Assembly: GCA_963775425.1 (NCBI GenBank)
Contig: CAVZJB010000015.1
Coordinates: forward strand, 1 to 62,970
DNA: 62,970 bases
Direction of reading: 5' to 3'
Origin: an uncultured delta proteobacterium
GTDB lineage: Bacteria; Myxococcota; UBA727; VGSZ01
The translations under genes and the position numbers were made by a program. Below, one piece after another: positions 56,198 to 62,970 of the stretch (its first letter is position 1; every line of letters begins with the position of its first letter). The notes under the pieces are model-generated. The model did not search any database and had not been told where the DNA came from. It saw only the letters and a program-made list of their open reading frames with translations.

Positions 56198-56241
56198 TCA
56201 GCGACCGGAGGGAGCGGCCGCCCCTCGTCGCGGTGGCCACG

Positions 56242-56520
56242 TCAGCGGCGGAGGAAGGCGAGCATCGGCGCGGTCGCCTCCGTCCACGACGGCCTCGCCT
56301 CGAGGCGCGCGAGCCAAGCGCGGACCGCGGGGACGTGTCGAGGACGCCCAGCCACTTGGCCACCTCCACCTTGCCTGCGGCGACGGCGGCCTCGTCCGGC
56401 TCGCCGCGGCCGAAGCGCGGCTTCAGGTACTCGCTGACCACCTTCTGCGTGGCGGGCCCGAGGTGAATCGCCTGCCAGAACAACCACTGGTCGACGACGG
56501 CGCGCGCGCGGGGGTCCGCT
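56242..56520 (-). pseudogene. Glutathione S-transferase C-terminal relic
   Basis: DPRARAVVDQWLFWQ...LGVLD, then out-of-frame PAVRAWLARLEARPSW; N-terminal domain absent. Confidence 0.75.
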
Positions 56521-57687
56521 CGATGCATCTCCGAGTCCGGATTGCGCCTCCAGGAGTGCACGGTGAACGACGTCGGCTGCCTGCTCGGGCCCGCGCGGGG
56601 CGGGTCCAACAGCGTCATCTGTCCGTGCCCGGGCGATCGCGACGTGGGCGCGTGCACGTCGCTGTCGTGCGACGCGGACGCCGCCACGATTCAATCCGCC
56701 TGCGCGGCGCGCTGCCCCGAGGCGGCGGAGCGGGCGATCTGCGCGGCGTCGAGCGCGTGCGCCGCCGGGGAGCAGCCGGCGGGGCGCGACAAGATCACGT
56801 GCACCTGCGGCGACGGCACGAGGCCGTCGGCCTGCACCGTCGGCGTCTGCGGCGAGCTCGTCGAGCTCGACAGCGAGTGCGCCGCGCTGTGTGACGGGCA
56901 CGGCGACCCGTTCCCGGGCGAGGCCCGTTGCGACGAGGTCGACGCGAGCTGCGCGCTCGGCGGCGCGGGAGAAAACGGCGTCTCCTGCAATTGCGAGTCC
57001 GCGTTCAACGTCGGCGGCTGCACGGCGCTCGACTGCGACGCGGACGCCGCCTCGATCCAGCAGGCGTGTGACGACGCGTGCGCGCAGCTCAGCATCCCGC
57101 CGGGCGGGTCGGCGCCCGTGTGCACCGCCGACGCGTCGTGCGCCGCGGGCGGCTCGCCCGGAGGCCCTGCGCAGTCCTTCTGCCACTGCGCCGACGACGT
57201 CTTCTTCGAGATCTGCAGCGCGGGATGCGTGGACTGCGAGGGCTCGTGCGCCGACCACGGCGGCCTCTCGGAGCGCCTCGTCGAAGGCTGCAGCGCGGTC
57301 GAGCTCGCGTGCGTCCTCGGCGGCGCCGGCGGGCCGAGCGCGGTCGCGTGCACGTGCAACAACGCCGCCCCCGTCGTGCGCTGCGGCGACGTCGCGTGCG
57401 ACGACGCGTCGGCTGTCGCGGCGGTGTGCGACGAGGCTTGCAGCTTCGCGGGCGGCCAGTCGGCGTCGCCCTCGTGCGCCGCCGACGACCAGGGTTGCGC
57501 CGCGGGCGGGCCGCCGTACGGGCCTTCCCTGGCGGACTGCGGATGCGGCGACGGAACGCACGTGACGACGTGCGTCGCCGACTGCGGTGACTCCCTCGGC
57601 GTCGTGGGCCGCTGCTTCGGCGCGTGCCACGACCACGGCGGGTTCGAGACGTTCTCGTGCGAACCGGATGCGACCTCGTGTCCATGA
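56521..57687 (+). CDS. Cys-rich repeat protein, probably 5'-truncated
   Basis: Repeated CxC...C...CD.DAA.IQ.AC units; no signal peptide or RBS; Cys pattern starts abruptly near 56521. Confidence 0.7.
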   Translation, partial: RCISESGLRLQECTVNDVGCLLGPARGGSNSVICPCPGDRDVGACTSLSCDADAATIQSACAARCPEAAERAICAASSACAAGEQPAGRDKITCTCGDGTRPSACTVGVCGELVELDSECAALCDGHGDPFPGEARCDEVDASCALGGAGENGVSCNCESAFNVGGCTALDCDADAASIQQACDDACAQLSIPPGGSAPVCTADASCAAGGSPGGPAQSFCHCADDVFFEICSAGCVDCEGSCADHGGLSERLVEGCSAVELACVLGGAGGPSAVACTCNNAAPVVRCGDVACDDASAVAAVCDEACSFAGGQSASPSCAADDQGCAAGGPPYGPSLADCGCGDGTHVTTCVADCGDSLGVVGRCFGACHDHGGFETFSCEPDATSCP

Positions 57688-58679
57688 AGCGAAGGGAGCG
57701 CACCATGAAGCTCGCCGGCGGAGCTGCGTCGGTCTTGATGACGGTGGCGGCGCTTTTCGGGTGCGCTCCGGAGCCCGTGCTGCCCGTGCTCCCTGCGCTC
57801 ACCGATCCGTCGGCGGGGGAGCGGGAGGTGCTCACGCTCGACGGGTTCGTCGCCAACAGCGCCATCGCCGTCCCCGACAGCGGCGGCATCACCCTGTTCG
57901 TCGGCCGGATCATCAACGGCCAGGAGAGCATGGTCGCGACGCACTCCGACGACGGCGTCACGTTCGGGCCGACGCGCGAGGTCACCTTCGCTCGAGGGCT
58001 TCATAGCGTCCTCGACGTGTTCCTCGACGGCGATGTCTGGCGCGCGCTCCACGACGACGGCAGCGGCGGCGTCCTGCTGGCGAGCTCGAGCGACGGCATC
58101 CGCTTCGACGACGAGGTGCCGGTCTCGATCTCCGGCGCGTCGGTCCAACCGTTCGCGCCTCGTCTGGTGCGGCGCGACGGAGCGCTCCACATCTACTTCA
58201 TGCGCGACACGAGCGGCGTCTGTGGGGACACGAGCTGTCCGCGCTTTGCCGTCGGGCACGCGTCGTCCGCGGACGCGAGCGGCGCCTTCGGCGGCGCCGT
58301 CGACGTGCTCGCCGATCCAACGCAGAGCGGTGTCTGCGCGGGCTGCGCCGTCGACGTCTGGCAGCTCGTCGACGTCGTGCGGCCGGGCGCCGATCGCTGC
58401 TCGTTTCCGTCGCCCGTATTGACGGCGCTGCGCCCGCACGACGACGGCGTGGACTTCGACTTCGACGCCGTCCCTGTCGGCGATGACGACGTCACGCCGG
58501 GCACCCCGGAGAAGCTCGCGTCGGTGAACGACATCCGCTCGTTGGGAAATTCCGTCGTCGCCACCGAGACCACATATGCGATCTACACGTCGCACTTCGA
58601 CGGCAGCTCGCCCGTTCGAGGCCACGTTCGCGTCACCGTGATCCCGGCGCCGCACGACGCGCGTCCGACGTGCGACTGA
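57684..58679 (+). CDS. Lipoprotein with Asp-box (BNR)-like beta-propeller features
   Basis: LFGC lipobox; HSDDGVTF and SSSDGIRF Asp-boxes; ATGA overlap. Confidence 0.75.
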   Translation: MKRRERTMKLAGGAASVLMTVAALFGCAPEPVLPVLPALTDPSAGEREVLTLDGFVANSAIAVPDSGGITLFVGRIINGQESMVATHSDDGVTFGPTREVTFARGLHSVLDVFLDGDVWRALHDDGSGGVLLASSSDGIRFDDEVPVSISGASVQPFAPRLVRRDGALHIYFMRDTSGVCGDTSCPRFAVGHASSADASGAFGGAVDVLADPTQSGVCAGCAVDVWQLVDVVRPGADRCSFPSPVLTALRPHDDGVDFDFDAVPVGDDDVTPGTPEKLASVNDIRSLGNSVVATETTYAIYTSHFDGSSPVRGHVRVTVIPAPHDARPTCD

Positions 58680-58715
58680 CAAGCAGGCGGGGCCGCCGGC
58701 CGAAGGGGTCTCGTG

Positions 58716-59576
58716 TCATGACGCGGGGCTCGTGAGCTCGACGCCCCGTTTCGCTTGTCGCTGCATGACGCCGCAATAGTCCACGGCCGTGGCGGGACCG
58801 CATGGGTTGTCGAGCACCCATTGGAAGTTCTCGCGAGCGGTCTTCATGTCCTTGTGCTTGAACGCGGTGACCGCGAGCAGGTAGTGGCCGTCGGAGCTCT
58901 CGGGAGCCGCGTCGACCGCCTGCTGCAGGTAGCCGAGGGACCTCTTGAGGTTGGTCATGGGCCAGGGCGCCTCGAGGTAGAACGCGCCCAGGTACACGTA
59001 GCCCATGGCGCCGTTGTAGGCGGGATCGAGCTTCACCAGGGCGTTGGCGGCGTCGCGGTAGGTGTCCGCAGCGCCCGTGAGGAAGGCCTGCACGATGCCG
59101 TAGCTCGAGGATTGGTACATGAACGCCTCGAGGTAGAGCGCCCGCGCTTCCTTGCTGTTCGGCCGCTCCTTCACGAGCTGTTCGCCGAGCTTCACCGCTC
59201 GCGGCCCATAGGTGGACCAGATCTTCCGGTTCTGCGGCGTGTCGACGGTCTTGCCGTCCGCGAGCGGCAGGTTTGCCCCGGTCTGTCGTCGCATGACGGA
59301 GACCAGGGCGTCGGTGAGCTTGCGCCGCAGCTCCCAGCTTTGCGGCTCTTCCTTCACCGCCTTGTCGTATTGGGCGACGGCGGCCTTGTAGCCCTCGACG
59401 GTGTTCGTCTGCATGGCCTTGTCGCCGGTCGCCTCGGCCGCGGTCGCGCTCGCTGCGGCCACCTTGCCCGCAGGGCTCACCGCGGTCCCTTCAGGGGCGG
59501 CGGCGCCCTGCGCTCGAAGGGAGGCGGGAGCGAGGAGCGAGAGAGCGATGAGGATGGGCGCGGATCTCTTCAACAT
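58716..59576 (-). CDS. Secreted TPR-like protein (TatT-like motif)
   Basis: GGAGG RBS; signal peptide; LDPAYNG....YLG.FY..APWP; helical repeats. Confidence 0.8.
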   Translation of the reverse strand: MLKRSAPILIALSLLAPASLRAQGAAAPEGTAVSPAGKVAAASATAAEATGDKAMQTNTVEGYKAAVAQYDKAVKEEPQSWELRRKLTDALVSVMRRQTGANLPLADGKTVDTPQNRKIWSTYGPRAVKLGEQLVKERPNSKEARALYLEAFMYQSSSYGIVQAFLTGAADTYRDAANALVKLDPAYNGAMGYVYLGAFYLEAPWPMTNLKRSLGYLQQAVDAAPESSDGHYLLAVTAFKHKDMKTARENFQWVLDNPCGPATAVDYCGVMQRQAKRGVELTSPAS

Positions 59577-59658
59577 GATGCACCTCCGAATGACGCCGTC
59601 TCTTGCCGACGGCGGCTGCTCCAGCGAGATGCAAGAGCTCAGCCGGCCTTGGCAGCTT

Positions 59659-59712
59659 GTGCGTCGTCGAGGAGCACTCGGCGATGAGCGTGAAGGCCAG
59701 AACCGACCGAGG
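59659..59712 (+). repeat. Copy of the integrase RBS/5' end (relic of a second integrase)
   Basis: 50/54 identity to 61486-61539; reads MSVKARTDRGER then stop. Confidence 0.85.
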
Positions 59713-60499
59713 CGAGCGGTGACGGGCGAAGAGCGCGCGCGGTTCCGTCTTCGCGAGAGCCCGGGGAGCACGAGCATGTAGGAGCTGCGAGCCCGAGCTA
59801 GAGTTGCGCGACGGAGGTGCTGCCGTGGGTCTCGATTGGGTGGGCCGCCATGGGCCCGCGCCATCGAGCGCTCCTGCGCGCGTTCACGTCCGAGGATGAG
59901 CGCTCCGGTCTGTTTCCGTTCTCGATGACGACGACTCTCGTCGACTTCCGTCCAGAGCTTCAGCTCCATGTGCTTCATTGACTCAACGGCTGCGCGCCTG
60001 GGGCGTCTGCCCTGGGCGCGCCATCGGGGGCTGGCAAACGACGGCCGGTGCGGCGCCCTTGCGCGGCTCAGGCTGCTTCGCGCGCTCTGCGCGGCGATCG
60101 ACGTTGCCCTTGCGACGGCGTGCTTTTGTGCGGGCTCGTTGCGCTCGCTGCGCACACCGCGAAGCGGTGCCCGCCACGAAGATGCCCGCATTGGGCAGCT
60201 TCGGGGTCGTTTGCTAGCCCCCACGCTGCTTTGCTTTCTCCTTGTCCGGGCTCGACTTCGCCTTGCCTGGCTTGTCGGATGGCGGGGAGGGGGCTCCCGA
60301 CGCTTCCGCCCATTGTTCGTGATTCGGCGCTGTGAATGGGTGAGCACTCCTGAGCACCAGGTCGCCGGCGTCCTGCTCGCGGCCGGCGGGCCCCTTGAGG
60401 GCTCAGACTCGGGCGACCTGGTTGGGACGCTGGCGTCCCGGTCGCCGTCATCGTCGCCCGCGCTGCGCGCTTCTGTGAGGGCGACGACGACGGATCGGC

Positions 60500-61146
60500 C
60501 TATGGCAGCGGCTCCAGGCAGCCGCAACGGAGCGGAGCTCCCTTCCGCTCGAGCTCATCACAGCTCTTCTCGTCGTGGGCAGCGGGACAGTTCGCCATGC
60601 CCGCGTAGTTGGTGCAGTTGGTTGTGTAGTCGTCAAAGTCTGCGAAGGCGTCGAGAACCGTGACCTCGCCTTTCCGCAGGTCGCAAGTGTTCGCCCACAG
60701 CATACGCGTCTGTGCGTTGCGGTCCTCACGAAGGTCGTCGATGAGCACGAGATCGCAGCCGCCGGGTCTCGGCCGAACCCAGACGGCGAAGCGATCCCAA
60801 TCACGCGTGGTGAAGTTGAGCGTCGCCCTCGCGTAGGCCGCTTCGTGGCACGAATCGAGCGCCGAGCGGATGCAGTCTCGGGCTTTGTCGTTTGGGCCGT
60901 GATCGAACACGACAATCGAGAAGCCGCAGAGGTCGACGCCGGGGAGTTCCGACGATGCTGGTCGATCAGCAGCAAGAGCTTGCGCAGGAGCAGCTCGACG
61001 TCGTGCCGAGGGATCGGGTTTGCGCTCGCCGGTTTGCAGACCTTGTCGGGCCCGGGTGGCGGATACGTCTGCTCCCACACGCAGTTCTCGGGTGGCTCTG
61101 CTCCGCACAGAAGCGCTCCCGCGGCGATGAGGAGAAGCCGGCCCAC
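60500..61146 (-). pseudogene. Probable frameshifted secreted Cys-containing protein
   Basis: Signal-like N-terminus (MGRLLLIAAGALLC) in one frame, plausible C-terminal part in another; switch near 60960. Confidence 0.45.
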
Positions 61147-61224
61147 ACGGTGAGTTTTTAACGCCGGTCACCGCGCGTCCACGGAAGAGCGCGGAACGGC
61201 ATCTCCGTGAGTAGGAGGTGCCGC

Positions 61225-61425
61225 TTGATCCAAGAAGCTCCGTCGTCGCCCTCGGCGAAGGTGTCGCCGTACTTGTCTGCTGCTGAGCTCGCCGTGGTCC
61301 TGAGGACCACGCTCCGCGCCGTCTACGCGCGCATGTACCGCGGTGGCTTGCCGAGGCCGCGCCGCATCGGCCGCAAGCTCCTCTTCAACCGGAAGGAGGT
61401 GATGGCGTGGATCGAGCAGCACTGA
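61225..61425 (+). CDS. Excisionase-like HTH (Xis/AlpA family)
   Basis: AGGAGG RBS + TTG; YLSAAELA..L, GLP.P.RIGRKLLF...EV.AWI; directly upstream of the integrase. Confidence 0.85.
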   Translation: MIQEAPSSPSAKVSPYLSAAELAVVLRTTLRAVYARMYRGGLPRPRRIGRKLLFNRKEVMAWIEQH

Positions 61426-61510
61426 CGCCGGCGATGAGAGCGCGCTTCCTCGACGATCCTGCGCCTGCTACGATGCCAGAAAGCCGTGCGTCGTCGAGGA
61501 GCACTCGACG

Positions 61511-62686
61511 ATGAGCGTGAAGGTCAGACCCTACCGAGGGAAAGACGACGTGTTTGAAGTGGACATCCGGTTCGCTTGGCCCGAGGGCGGCGAGTACCGC
61601 GAGCGCGTGAAGGCTCCGGTCTCGACGCTGTCGGCAGCGAGGCGGTGGGGCGAGCAACGCGAGCGCGAGCTGTTCGCGCAAGGCAAGCGCGCCCTCGAAG
61701 AGAAGGAGGTCGAAGAGCAGCAAGAGCGCGCCAGGCACATCCCGACGGTCGAAGAGTTCATCCCGCGGTTCATCGAAGAGCATTGCCGCGCGGATCGGCT
61801 CAAGCGGTCGACGATCGCTGCCAACGTGCAGGTGCTCACGCGGCGCATCGCTCCGCGCATCGGGAAGAAGCGGCTCTGCGACGTCACGAACACGGACATC
61901 CAGCGCATGAAGGCCGAGCTCGCGGACAAAAGTCCGAAGACGGTCAACAACGCGCTCTGCTCCCTGAACGTGATGCTCAAGAAGGCCGTGGAGTGGGGCG
62001 TCCTCGACGTCATGCCCTGTACCGTCAGGTTGTTGCGGGTCGCTCACGACGAGCGCGCCTTCTACGACTTCGACGACTACGAGCTGTTGCTCGAGGCCGC
62101 CAAACAGGCCGATCCGCGCATCCACCTGGCCATCCTCCTCGCCGGCGACGCCGGCCTGCGGATGGGCGAGGTCATCGCGCTCGAGTGGTGCCGCGTGAGC
62201 TTCGCGCGGGGCGTGCTCGTGGTCGCGAAGAGCGAGTGGCGCGGGCAGGTCACGTTGCCGAAGGGTGGGCGCAACCGCGAGGTGAAGCTCACGCAGAGGC
62301 TCTTGAAGGCGTTGAAGGCGCACCGCCATCTGCGAGGGGAGCGCGTGCTCCTCCTCGACGACGGCAGCGGCTTCAACCGCGAGACGTTCCGGAAGTGGAC
62401 GATGCGCGTCGAGCGGAAGGCGAACCTTCCCCCGACGGGCCGCTTCCACCTCTTTCGCCACACGTTCTGCGCCCACCTCGCCATGCGAGGCGCGCCGACA
62501 AAGGCGATCCAGGAGCTCGCGGGCCACGCCGACCTGACGACGACGATGCGGTACATGCACCTGTCGCCCGTCGCGCGAGACGGAGCGATCGCCCTGCTCG
62601 ACGAGGCGCACGCCACCAAGAGCCACGCGCCGATCGGCGAGCGGCCGATGGGGGAAGGGCGATCGGCGATGGGCGAGGAACGATGA
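61511..62686 (+). CDS. Tyrosine recombinase / phage-type integrase
   Basis: GLRMGE, K in LPKGG, HLFRHTF, LAGHADL.TTMRY catalytic set. Confidence 0.96.
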   Translation: MSVKVRPYRGKDDVFEVDIRFAWPEGGEYRERVKAPVSTLSAARRWGEQRERELFAQGKRALEEKEVEEQQERARHIPTVEEFIPRFIEEHCRADRLKRSTIAANVQVLTRRIAPRIGKKRLCDVTNTDIQRMKAELADKSPKTVNNALCSLNVMLKKAVEWGVLDVMPCTVRLLRVAHDERAFYDFDDYELLLEAAKQADPRIHLAILLAGDAGLRMGEVIALEWCRVSFARGVLVVAKSEWRGQVTLPKGGRNREVKLTQRLLKALKAHRHLRGERVLLLDDGSGFNRETFRKWTMRVERKANLPPTGRFHLFRHTFCAHLAMRGAPTKAIQELAGHADLTTTMRYMHLSPVARDGAIALLDEAHATKSHAPIGERPMGEGRSAMGEER

Positions 62687-62749
62687 AAAAGGCGGACGGG
62701 TTCGTGCGGAGTTTTGGAGAAGTGTTGGGGAAGGCCTGAACGAAAAGGA

Positions 62750-62773
62750 AAACCCTCGGCGGACCGAGGGTTT
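62750..62773. terminator. Rho-independent terminator-like hairpin
   Basis: aaaccctcgg-cgga-ccgagggttt perfect 10-bp stem; T-rich tail on the minus strand, just downstream of the tRNA 3' fragment. Confidence 0.75.
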
Positions 62774-62788
62774 AGAAGAACCTAAAGC

Positions 62789-62811
62789 TGGCGGAGCGGA
62801 CGGGACTCGAA
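62789..62811 (-). other. att site: 3' fragment of a tRNA (Asp-like)
   Basis: Minus strand reads TTCGAGTCCCGTCCGCTCCGCCA (T-loop to CCA); no tRNA body upstream of it. Confidence 0.85.
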
Positions 62812-62970
62812 AGCGACTAACGCTCTGCCCACAACATGGCGACTTGACGCGACTTTCACCCATTTCTCGTCGACAAACGCCGAATTCAGGAGACCCGTTT
62901 CGTTCCGCTCTGTGGCTCGATGCCGCTCGATACCGCTCGTAAGTGCAAAGTCTCGGCAACCTGACGGCAA

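Noticed and set aside
56514-56521. gtccgctc as the partner att site
   Set aside because: Only 8 bp and inverted relative to the fragment at 62789; expected by chance at this GC content.
59577-60527. N-terminal extension of the 603-aa ORF 58716..60527
   Set aside because: RBS and signal peptide place the start at 59576; the extension is Arg/Ser-rich and crosses the integrase relic.
62789-62870. Complete tRNA gene
   Set aside because: Similarity ends in the T-loop; no anticodon or D arm can be formed.

Overview
High-GC bacterial chromosome segment whose gene content suggests Myxococcota/deltaproteobacteria (inference). (1) 1-7.8 kb is an accessory block of surface-protein genes with receptor-L-like, Cys-rich and (Gly-Glu)n repeats; one gene is split by an IS66 element. 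(2) 7.8-20.5 kb holds a SulP transporter divergent from a degenerate sigma54-type activator, then a lipoate/2-oxoacid dehydrogenase cluster (lipA, lipB, lpdA with a lipoyl domain, E2, no E1) with two apparent pseudo-enzyme genes behind lipA, plus rpmG (absent from the ORF track). (3) 20.7-33.4 kb encodes a 1916-aa thrombospondin-type-3 repeat lipoprotein and an Oar-like TonB-dependent receptor, converging on a frameshifted TonB-receptor fusion and its lipoprotein. (4) 34.5-45 kb is a compact 8-gene minus-strand operon: NrdG-like radical SAM, soluble FtsH-like AAA+/M41 protease, RavA/MoxR ATPase, degenerate vWA-like protein and four unknown proteins. It matches the computationally predicted 'FtsH ternary' conflict system and is the strongest candidate for an uncharacterised system here. 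(5) 45-56 kb is mixed envelope/metabolic genes (PlsC-like, M50-CBS, DUF4870, two DUF4139, DODA dioxygenase, PDZ protein). (6) 56.5-63 kb is a decayed island with Xis and a tyrosine integrase next to a tRNA-Asp-like 3' att fragment. No rRNA, complete tRNA or CRISPR array was seen. All family calls come from motif recognition by eye, not database searches.
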